Shown piece by piece: positions 1 to 9,993 of a stretch of 46,394 nucleotides of DNA (position 1 is its first letter; every line of letters starts with the position of its first letter). The position numbers and the translations under genes were made by a program. The DNA is from Elsinoe ampelina (Eukaryota): contig ML992515.1 of assembly GCA_010093995.1 (NCBI GenBank), forward strand, positions 5,469 to 51,862, read 5' to 3'. The notes under the pieces were generated by a model. The model had not been told where the DNA came from. It worked only from the letters and a program-made list of their open reading frames with translations, and searched no databases.

Positions 1-1403
1 ACTACGAAAGCGTCATCTACGTCTACAAAGCCTTTGGACTCGACAGCTAGAATCGTCACGGATAAAGGCTGGAACGTACGAGGCTATTGCGCCGTTCTTT
101 AACGCGTTATCCGACTTGTTCAAAAAGCACAACTATCCGCCAACAAACGTGTATAACCTCGACGAGGTAGGTTGTACAGTCGGTACAACGCAGTCGACGC
201 GTGTACTAGTTGACGCTACAAACACACAGCGTCGAAAGAAGGCTAGAAAACGCGTTGTCGGCCGACAGGAATAGATATCAATCCTAGAGTGTGTACGAGC
301 CTCCGGAGACGCGCTTCCCCCCCTCGTCATCTACAAGGCTAAAAACCTCAAAACAAACTGGATTCCAGATCCGTGGCCGGCCGGATGGCGTTTTTCAACG
401 TCGAATAAAGGCTGGACGAGTGACGCGCACGGATTTGAATGGCTATCGACTGTCTTCGAGCCCGAAACACGTGACGTCGACGGCCGTCGACGCCTCCTTG
501 TTCTAGACGGCCACAGCTCACACGTTACGGCTGCGTTCGCCTTCTTCTGTTTCGAGCACGATATTGACCTTGTAGTGTTCCCCCCTCACGCGTCGCATAT
601 CCTCCAACCGCTTGACGTCGCATGTTTTTCGCCGTTAAAGACAGCTCTTACGAGGGAGATCGACAATCTAATGCGTCTAGATCACGGCCGAATACAACGT
701 ATACAATGGACAGAATCCTACGTCGCTGCAAGAGTACGTGCTCTAACACCAAGAAACATCAAATCTGGCTTCGAACACTCCGGTATCTATCCGATAAGCC
801 CTATTACCGTCCTTGCCAATTTGCCACACGAAGCACGTGACTGTCCGGTTACACCAACGGAAAACACAACGGAAAACAGCCAATTCGACCAAAGAGTCTT
901 GCGGTTAGGGTCGCCACAATCCGGCGCAAGTTTACGTACGGTCAACCGTAGTCTGAACGCGCGCCTCGCTATCGTCGACGTCGAAACACCGGTAAAGCGA
1001 TATATCTCGAAAATGACGTCACAATTCGAATCGTCGACGACGTCTCTTACGCTATTACGGCGCGAAATTGAACAACAGCGGCAGCTTCTCGAGACGCGTA
1101 AGCGTAAGAAAAGTGGTAAGCGCGTTGCTATCGAAGGCCGGTTCGTCTTTAGTGAGCAAGAGACTATCGATATCCTCCATAAAGCCGAAGAAGACTCAAA
1201 GAAGAAGAAGGGTAAAAAGCGTAAAAAGTCACTTACGCCGGAGCCTATATCACAGGTATCGGAAGAAGAGGTGTTTCCGGAGATACTCACTGATTCTGAG
1301 GACGAGCTAGCTTAGATTAATAGAGTAATTGACTATTCTTGTTCAAAAGTGCCTTTTTACGTGCGCGACTTGTGGGGGTGCGCGACTCGTGGGTGGGTCA
1401 CGT
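1..1403 (+). mobile_element. Fot1/pogo-like DNA transposon, copy 1 (5' end outside the window); least RIP-damaged copy
   Basis: Transposase frame followed by a 3' terminal repeat with internal repeats (gcgcgacttgtggggg / gcgcgactcgtgggtggg), ending GGGTCACGT at 1403 and followed by TA (1404-1405). Confidence 0.92.
2..1315 (+). pseudogene. DDE_1 (Fot1/pogo) transposase with one in-frame RIP-type stop
   Basis: Frame 2 reads VYNLDEVG...GRQE*ISILECV...LPPLVIYK...SNKGWT...RLLVLDGHSSH...FPPHASHILQPLDVACF...KKKKGKKRKK. The only stop is TAG at 272-274, where the family has Trp (TGG>TAG). ORF 575..1315 is the C-terminal part. Confidence 0.9.
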
Positions 1404-4317
1404 TATATAAGGGGGGAATACAACAAGGTCGATATTATGCTCGAAACAGAAGAGGGCGAATGTAGCTATAACGTACAAGCTATAGCCGTCTAGAATAAGG
1501 AGGCGTCAATAGCTATCGACGTTATATGTTTCGGGCTTAAACACTGTCGACAACCACTTAAAACTATGTACGTCACTTGTCTAGCCTTTATTCGATGTTA
1601 AGAATCGCTATCTAGCCGGCTACGGGTCCGGAATCTACCGCGTTATAAGGTGTTTAGCCTTATAGATAACAAGGGGAGGGAGCGTAATGTCGCGCGTCTA
1701 CAAGTCGTGTACGTCTATAAGTCGCATACGCCCCTATATATCTAACGCGTAACCTTCGTAACTATTCTTCCTTCCTACGTGACAAACATCACAATTCGAG
1801 CTATTCTATTATGTATTCTAAAGCCGATATCGAGGCTGCCCTCCGAGGCTATTAGAACGATACTTATACCTCTCTTTGAGCTACTACTAACGCGTTTTAA
1901 ATTCTACCGTCTACACTTCGAGATAGATATTATAGCCGACAATTACGTACTATACGTAACCTACTAAAGTAATTACTATCTCCGGCCGAAGAATAGACGC
2001 TTATAGTCTATATCCTTTAGCTCGATAGCCTCGGTACTTCTATAATACTCTCCTTCGTCTATAAGCTTGTTTATAAGATAATTTAACATCGGTTATAAGT
2101 AACTAATAACAAACTTCCTCTGTCTCTTACATATCCTATTAGTAGGACATAGATACGTCAATTCTATAAACGTCATCTAGAGATCAAACTACATTAGTTA
2201 TAGTAGCTAGAATCGCTACAGTTTAAAGCTAGAACCTATAAGGCTATTACGCTATTCTTTAATGCGTTATCTAACTTGTTTAAAAAACATAACTACCTCC
2301 CTTCTAACGTCTATAACCTCGAGAAGGTAGGCACTAGCGTCGGTTTAACTTAATCGACATAAGTTATTATTAATTTAGATAATACTTATTGTTAAAAGAA
2401 GGCTAGAAAACGCATTATTAGCCGACAAGAGTAGATATTAATCCTTAAGTATATATAAGTCTCTAGAGACATACTCTCCCTCCTTATTATATATAAGGCT
2501 AAAAACCTTAACATACGCTAGATTCTAGCTAGATAGCAATTCTTAATATTAAATAAAGGCTAGACAAGTAACGCATATAGTTACGAGTAGCTTATAACTA
2601 TCTTCGAGCCTAAAACACGTAATATTAACAGCTGTCGACGCCTCCTTGTTCTAGACAGCTATAGCTTACACGTTATAGCTATATTTACCTTCTTCTATTT
2701 CGAGTACAATATTAACCTTATTATCTTTCTACCTTATGTATTGTATATCCTTTAGCCTCTTAACATGTCTTGTTTTTCACTATTAAAGACAGCTCTTACA
2801 ATTAAGATCGACAATCTAATACGTTTTAATATAGGCTATATATACTATATATAGTAGGCTAAATTCTACACGCGCGTATAAGAGTATACTTTAACTATAA
2901 GGAATATTAAATCTAGTTTTAAATACTCTAGCGTCTATCTAATAAGCCCTATTATAGTACTTACTAATTTGCTACACGAATTACGTAACAAATCGCCTAA
3001 TTAGGCAATTACCCCGACGGAAACTAGCTAATTTAACTAGGGAGTTTTGTAGTTAGAGTCGCTATAATCCGGTATAAGCTTATATATAGCTAACTATAGT
3101 CTTAACACGTATATAGCTGTTATTAACATCGAAACACTAGTTAAGCAATATATTACAAAAATAATATTATAATTTAAATTATTAACGGCGGCCCTAGTAC
3201 TACTATAATAGTAAGTATAAGAAAAGTAGTAAGTGTATTACTATTAAAGGCTAGTTTGTCTTTAGCGAGTAAGAGACTATTAATATTCTTTATAAGGCTA
3301 AAGAAGAGACAAAGAATAAGAAGCGTAAAAAGTGTAAGAAATTACTTACGCTAGAGAATTTACTAGAGCCTAAGGAAGAGAAGAAGCTAGAGCCTATCGA
3401 GTCTAATTCTAGAGACAAGCTAGCTTAGATTAATAGAGTTATTAACTATTCTTATTTAAAAGTACTATTTTACATATATAACTCGTAGACGTATATAACT
3501 TATAGATATATATAACTCGTAGATATATAACGTTATCTCTAGAGGCTTATATATACTCTAGAATTAATATCTACTCTTATTAGCTAATAACGCGTTTTCT
3601 AGCCTTCTTTTAGCAGTAGTTATTTTTAGTAGTAACTAGTATATGTGTTAACTATGTTATTCTAACTATATAACCTACCTTATCGAGGTTATAGACATTA
3701 GTTAGTAGATAGTTATAACGTTTAAATAAGTTAAATAATATATTAAAGAATAGTATAATAGCCTTATATATTCTAGCCTTTATATATAGTAATTCTAGCT
3801 ACTGTAACTAAAGGCTTTATAGTTATAGATGTTGTTTCTATAGCTAGAATAGCTAGTTCTTACTAATAGGCTATAATAGAGACGTTAGAAGTGTATTATC
3901 TAAAATATATACTTAGTAACGAATTATCTTAATAATAAGCTCTAGTGTAAAGTATAGCATTATAGGTGTTTCTAAGCTATTAAGCTAGTTAAGATAGTTA
4001 ATAAGTACTTCTTCTTCGGCTAGTAATAGTAATTAATATAGTAGATTCTTTATAGTCTATAATTATCGTTCTTATAATTAGCTAATAAGCGTTATAGGTA
4101 GAATCTTATACGCGTTAGTAGCCTTATAGATTAAGTCGAATTTATCGTGCTAATAGTTATAGATAGCTACCTAAACGTTAGCCTTAGTATATATAATAAA
4201 ATAGGAATAATTCTAATGTTTATTATATAAGAAAGAAGAATAGTTACAAAGTATATATATAAAAAAGAAGAGGTGTAAATCGTTTATAGAGATAAACTAC
4301 TCGTAGGTAAGTCACAT
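1404..4317 (-). mobile_element. Fot1-like copy 3 (RIP-degraded), split by copy 2; pieces are 1404-1686 and 3534-4317, with the 3' part displaced outside the window by copy 1
   Basis: 1404-1686 is the reverse complement of copy-1 transposase ~310-590. 3534 onward resumes at the next base after a TA duplication. The 5' terminus GGTAAGTCACAT (RIP form of GGTGGGTCACGT) ends at 4317 and is followed by TA. Confidence 0.82.
1687..3533 (+). mobile_element. Fot1-like copy 2, near full length, heavily RIP-degraded, with a small internal deletion near 3210
   Basis: Starts TA|ATGT (RIP form of ACGT) and ends ACGT|TA. The interior is colinear with copy 1 (e.g. gaaggctagaaaacgc, cgcctccttgttctagac) with many C>T/G>A changes. 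Confidence 0.87.
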
Positions 4318-6067
4318 TAGTCGATCTAATAGCTGTTTCTCTTCTAATTTCTCTAGTATAGGTGTCGGCATAGGCGCTTTCTTATACTTCTTCTTCTTTT
4401 TTTTCTTTGTCTTTTCTTTAGCCTTATAAAGAATATTAATTGTCTCTTACTTACTAAAGATAAACTAGCCTTTAATAGTAACGTACTTACTACTTTTATA
4501 ACGCTTATATATCTCTAGAGCTTAACGCTACTTTTTAACTTTATATTGTAATAATAATAAGACTACTATTACTAATTTAAATTATAATATTATTTTTGAG
4601 ATATATTACTTAACTAGTGTTTTAACGTTAATAATAGCAATTCGCGCGTTAAGACTATAGTTAGCTATATATAAACTTACGCCGGATTATAGCGATCTTA
4701 ACTATAAGACGTTTTAGCTAGATTAGCTACTTTCTATTAGTATAACTAGCTAATTATATAATTTATATAGCAAATTAGTAAGCACTATAATAGAGCTTAT
4801 TAAATAGATACTAGAGTGTTTAAAACTAGATTTAATATTCCTTATAGTTAAAGTATATAATTATATATATATATAGGATTTAGTCTACTATATATAGTAT
4901 ATTTAGCCTAGATCGAGACGTATTAGATTATTAATCTCCCTTATAAGAGCTATCTTTAATAGTAAAAAACAAGCTATATTAAGTAGCTAGAGGATATATA
5001 ATACATAAGGGAGAAATATAACAAGGTTAATATTATACTTAAAATAGTAAAGGGCAAATATAGCTATAATATATAAGCTATAGCTATCTAGAATAAGGAG
5101 GCGTTAACGGCTATTAATATTACGTATTTTAGGCTTAAATACTGTCGATAACTACTTAAAACTATACGCGTTACTTATCTAGCCTTTATTTAATATTAAG
5201 AATCGCTAACTAGCTAGCTATAGGTCTAGAATCTAGTTTATTTAAAGGTTTTTAGCCTTATAAATAACAAGGAAGAGTAGTATATCTCTAGAGGCTTATA
5301 TATACTTTAGAATTGATATTTACTCTTATTAGCTAATAATACGTTTTCTAGCCTTCTTTTAATAATAGGTATTCTCTAAATTAATAACTACTTATATTAA
5401 TTAAGTTAAACTAATACTAGCGCCTACCTTGTTAAGGTTATAGACGTCCGAAGGTAGATAGTTATATTGTTTAAATAGGTTAGATAACGTATTAAAGAAC
5501 AGCGTAATAGCCTTATATATTCTAGCCTTATATTATAATAATTCTAATTACTAAGTCTAAAGTAAATTTAGTACTAAATAACATTTATATAGTTAAGAAA
5601 GCTAGTTCTTACTAATTGGCTATGTTAGGGACAAGGGAAGATTATTGTTAGATAGATATAACTAGTAATAAATTATCTTAGTTATAAAATTATAAATAAA
5701 CTATAGTGTTATAGGTGTTCTAAGGCTATTAAGCTAAAGGATATAAGCTATAAGAGCTTGTTCTTCGGCAGGAGATAGTAATTAGCGTACTTTAGTCCTT
5801 ATAGTACGTAATTATTGACTGTAGTATTAGTGTTAGAGTATAGCACGTAGGATTTTAAACATATTAGTAGTAGTATTTAGAGAGTCGAATTGCTCGTGTC
5901 AATAGCCTTCTAGGGCGGTAGCAATATCAGCTTCAGTATACATAATAAAACAATTTAGATTGTAATATTTGTCACGTAAGAAGGAAGAATAGTCACGAAG
6001 CTAACGCGTGAGAAAAATAGGGGCGTGAGTCGCTTGTGGGGGTGCGTCGATTGTGGGGGAGTGACGT
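4318..6067 (-). mobile_element. Fot1-like copy 4 (outermost), 3' tip displaced by copy 3
   Basis: Reverse-complement homology to copies 1 and 2 along the whole transposase. Well-preserved 5' terminal repeat at ~6020-6067, ending GTGACGT on the + strand. Confidence 0.85.
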
Positions 6068-7780
6068 CAACGACGCTCGGACAGGGTCGGGGTGATAGAG
6101 CGATTGACATCCCATGCTTCTGGTTTGAGAGCAGAGTCGATGCTGGCGACGACGGCGATAGTGGATTGATCCTGGCGAGGGCGGTAAGGACGTGTGACGT
6201 TGGAGCCACGATCTGTGAGATCCCTTAGGTAGATGTCGAGGTCGTCCAGGACGTTGTAGAGATCACTGTATGAAGGGGGCAGTTCGTCTGGACCAGAGAT
6301 ACGGAAGCTGTAGATGATGCATTGGATATCGTTGCCCGAGTTGGGAGCAGGAACAGGATTGGGGGGGAGGTCGGCGACATGCTGGGGATCCTTGAACCAT
6401 GAGCTGATGTCGTCGTTGATCATAGCACTGATGAAGCCGTCGTCGATGCAGCATAGGATGTCGAGACCCATGCGGAAGTAGTCGCCGAGGCTCATCTCTT
6501 TGGACCAGGGACCTTTGCCTCCAAGCTGCATCACATCGTCTGGTAGGTGTCAGCAAGGTTGACTTACTTTGATGACCGAGTACAACTTACCAAGCTCGAG
6601 CAGAGCGAGAAGAAGTCCAGCCCGACCAAAATCGATCCAAGCCTGCCAAAGTGCTGCGCGCTGAGGTGCACGCCAGTGCCAGTTTGGAGGCGGAACTACC
6701 TGCATGGACGACGGCATGGTGAGGCGTAGTTGGTTGTCTGGTAGAACGTCGTGCTCATTGGTAGGCAGGACTCTATCGGCGACAGGAAGCCGAGTAGCAC
6801 CATCGCGGAGAGCCTTGTGGTAGGCAGCTCGAACGTCGTCAGTGATGTCGTCGAGAATGTCCTTCATGCTCCTTTGTAGATCGGGTTGTGAGCTGAAATC
6901 TGGATAGACTGTTGGGTCAACCTCGAGGTCTTGCATAGGTCCACGGCGATGCATCTCGCGGTAGTCCGGTAGCTCTCCCCGGTTGCGGCGAAGGGGCAAT
7001 GCAGAGGAGGATAGGTCGGTCTCCGGCACTGTCGACTGTGATCGAATATCCGACAGAACAAGATCAGCGTCGTCAAACGAGTCCTCACCTCCGTCCGGTA
7101 TGCGGGCGGTTCATTCTAGCCATGAAGGCAGCGTCAATCTCTGCCTCCTCTTGATGCTCAGGTATATGTCGACTTTTCTCCCCTTCGCCAAGGGTCTCAC
7201 TACCAGAGGCATCGACGGCTTCTTCATCCTCTTCATCCTCAGGCGCATTCCCGCTCTCCTCTTCCTGATCTTTGGGTGCGCTAGCTGAGGACGGCGGAGA
7301 CGAGTCCGAGGACACCTCATGTGCTCGTTGAGCGCCAGCTTGTTGATCAAATTGGACCTGAGGTTGACCTTGACCTGGTAGGATTGGACCGCCAGCTTGT
7401 TGACCAGGTTGGACCTGAGGTTGACCTTGAGCTGGTAGGACCGGAGCGCCAGCTTGTTGACCAGATTGGACCTGAGGCCGACCTTGACCTGGCAGGACCG
7501 GAACTGTGCGAGCTGCTTGGGCTGGAGCTGCTATGCGAGTTGCTTGAGCAGGAGCTTGTTGTTGTTGTTGAGCAGGAGCTCGTCCGGCTGGAGCTCGTGT
7601 GCGGCCACCTCTGGTAGGTCTGGTTCTTGGACGCCGGGCAGACGTGTCGAAATCGCTGGTGTCTTCAGGAAAAGAGCTGTCTGTGTGACCTGGCCTATAC
7701 AGGACTGGCATGGCGGCGGTGGATAGCTTCGACGTGGTATGTGGGTAGCCCTGTGAAATGTGGAGGTCCAGTTGAGACAA
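6067..7780 (-). CDS. Hypothetical fungal gene, possibly a pseudogene: Q/P/G-rich repeats and an acidic N-terminus, then a globular C-terminal region. Model: 7780-~7100, +1 frameshift, ~7100-6591, intron 6590-6540, 6539-6067
   Basis: GC-balanced DNA without RIP signature, carrying three consecutive minus-strand ORFs (7085..7780, 6550..7029, 6067..6534). The last two join in frame through a canonical 51-nt intron, giving ...LLEL-D-DVMQLGG.... The first junction needs a 1-nt shift within 7088-7110. Confidence 0.7.
6540..6590 (-). other. Spliceosomal intron (51 nt)
   Basis: Minus strand reads GTAAGT...GCTGAC-ACCTAC-CAG (donor, branch site, acceptor). Removal keeps the frame (G|AC = Asp). Confidence 0.85.
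7331..7501 (-). repeat. Coding minisatellite, 3 x 57 bp (19 aa)
   Basis: PVLPGQGRPQVQSGQQAGA / PVLPAQGQPQVQPGQQAGG / PILPGQGQPQVQFDQQAGA in ORF 7085..7780, preceded by poly-Q and APAQA repeats. Confidence 0.9.
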
Positions 7781-8103
7781 ATCACGCTGAACAAAATTGT
7801 AGTGTGAAAAATCCTTGTGTAAGGTAACCTACCAATCTTGGCGCGATGTGCTGAGGGGACGTGTTTCTCGACTGTTCACATGTCAAGTGCAGGTACTCAA
7901 ACGAATGCAGCAAAAGCGACAGCTCCCGTGGCTTAATTAGGTCAATTGCCGAATTGAGGACGCTGAGCAGATTCACGGGGTTCAAATTCGGTATAAGCCT
8001 GTGAATTTGAAGGTCTATATTATGAGGTAACACAATGAGAACAGTGATGGTTGAAGTATGTGTGTCAAGACATGATTGTATGAGAGTTCCTATAGGAAGC
8101 TGT

Positions 8104-8264
8104 TGTTGTAATGGAAGGCTGGTACAGCTTCTCTGGTACTGAAGAACTGGTACTGATGAGTCAGCGCACGCACAGTGAGTCAGCGCACGCACAGTAGATA
8201 AATCGGTTATTGTAACTCTCTGAATGAAACACACGTCTCTCGATCCGATTTGCCAGTTATAACA
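8104..8264 (+). repeat. Putative 5' LTR of a Ty1/Copia element (~161 bp; start could be 8101)
   Basis: TGTTGTAA...TTATAACA imperfect inverted ends. Directly followed by GGTTATAAGCCC, the RIP form of the GGTTATGAGCCC motif typically found just inside fungal Copia 5' LTRs. Confidence 0.65.
8157..8194. promoter_or_regulatory. Perfect 2 x 19-bp tandem repeat, each unit with a TGAGTCA (Gcn4/CpcA/AP-1-type) site
   Basis: TGAGTCAGCGCACGCACAG at 8157-8175 and 8176-8194. The repeat is certain; its function is inferred from the motif only. Confidence 0.5.
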
Positions 8265-9414
8265 GGTTATAAGCCCGGCGCTTCTATAAAAGCACTTAAA
8301 GCTATAGCAAATTAAGCGTGTCATTATTAAAAGGATTACTAAGCTACCTATACTAAATTCTAGACTAGCTATATTAAGATAAACACTTATAGTAGCCTAT
8401 ATTAACTCTTTAATTAAATAGCTTAAATAGCTTAAACAAGCTAATTACATTAATTAAATTAATAGGCCTTTAGCTAATTACTATTATTATATCTAGATTA
8501 GTAAAAATACTTAAGACTTAGATTCTTAAGAGAGGAAGTAACTATAATACTTAGAGATTAACTCTTAAGGTAGTTCTCCTTAAAAAGGATATACTTAGAT
8601 ATATAATTTATAGTATTAACTAGATACTAGTAGTTATAAAGCCTAAAGAACTAGCTCTAGATACTAGTAAAGGCACTAAGGTAGTCTATAAGGTTAGAAA
8701 TAAAACCTAGTATAAGAATAATAGAATTACTTATAGTATTATTATAATAAGGATTTATAAATCTATTAGACCTTACTATAGTATAACTTAGAAGACTTTA
8801 AAGAAACTACTAAATATTATTAAAGCTATATTTAAACCTATTATTTTATATAAGCTATATATAGCTATCTATAACCTTAATAAGGTAATTATAATAAGTT
8901 ATAATACCTAAATATACTATAAAGATTTTATAAAGTACTATTATTAATATACTATTACTATAGAGTAAAGAGTAAGCACTATTAGTACTAAACTAGATAA
9001 GTTTAGGCTCTCTCTATACTATATTAAGACTATGTTTATTATAGGAATAAAGACTACTAAATAGTTAAGGAGCTAGAGATCTAGCCTTAACTATAAGAAG
9101 AGTCTTAAAGAAATAATAGACTCTCTTAGAATATAGAAGCCTCTATATAATAGAAGAACTAATCTAAACTCTATTTATAGAGTAGCTAGTTATATTAAGG
9201 ATTAATACACTTAGTATACTTATTATACCTACTCTAATATAGATTACTTTAAGTAGTACTTTAAGAAAGTACTAAAGAGTTAAAGTAAAAGAAATAACAA
9301 AGATAGATTAAATAATAAAGGTATAAAGGCTAAAGATAAAAGTAATAAGTTAAAGACTAAGAAAGTTAAAGGTTAAGTAGCTATTAAAGAATCTAAAGAA
9401 CCTACTAAGGTAGG

Positions 9415-9877
9415 TGTTACGAACTAGTAGGACAGCTAGAATATAGAGACGTTAGGACTAATTAAGCTACCGAGATTATTACGTAACCTAGCCCGATATT
9501 TACCTAGTTCTCTATCTTCTCTAGTAGCTCTACCTCTAAAACTATAGAGTACGTAGGTTACTAGCGGACGTGTACTCTATATTGCCCCTAACTCTCGCTA
9601 CGGAGTATATAGAGTATATAGAGAACATAATAGAGAACATATATATATAAGAATAGTCCTTACCTTATATAAGTACTATAGTTAACCTCGTCTAGATAGC
9701 GAACACTAGTATTACTAAGGCTAGCCTTTATAATACTATCTAATTGTACTTTATTATCTATAAGATATACCTTCTCTAACTCTTACTTTAGTGCTATACT
9801 ACTATAGAAGTAGAACTACCTTGTTCCTAGCTTAGCTTAGACTACTAGCGTAAGCTATATTTAGACAGTTTATAACA
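9415..9877 (+). repeat. Element A 5' LTR
   Basis: TGTTACGAAC...GTTTATAACA; colinear with 15970-16432. Confidence 0.93.
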
Positions 9878-9993
9878 TTTTAACTACCCTTACTATAGTA
9901 TAGCACGCTACGAGGTTAATAAGTAACTCTCGCTCTAAGTTACTATTAGCATCTTTAATTACTAGTAAGCTAGGAAAGCTTACTATTAACGAC

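Noticed and set aside
133..1310. ORFs 133..330, 291..506, 622..840, 787..1290 and 1068..1310
   Set aside because: Antisense or off-frame shadows of the transposase.
7029..7088. Intron GTGAGG...CACAG/GACAG as a fix for the frameshift
   Set aside because: The donor is phase 2 while the two acceptors give phase 0 and 1 relative to the downstream ORF, so neither restores the frame.
5955..7827. Other short ORFs overlapping the island gene (e.g. 6025..6228, 6983..7288, 7321..7617, 7454..7726)
   Set aside because: Shadow frames of GC-rich, repetitive coding DNA, or ORFs running into the transposon terminus.
6068..8103. Island as cargo of a Starship, Helitron or Pack-type element
   Set aside because: No tyrosine-recombinase captain, Rep-helicase or enclosing termini are visible; the flanks are two unrelated TEs.
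7782..8324. 180-aa minus-strand ORF
   Set aside because: It crosses the Copia LTR and the presumed promoter and has no protein-like features; probably spurious.
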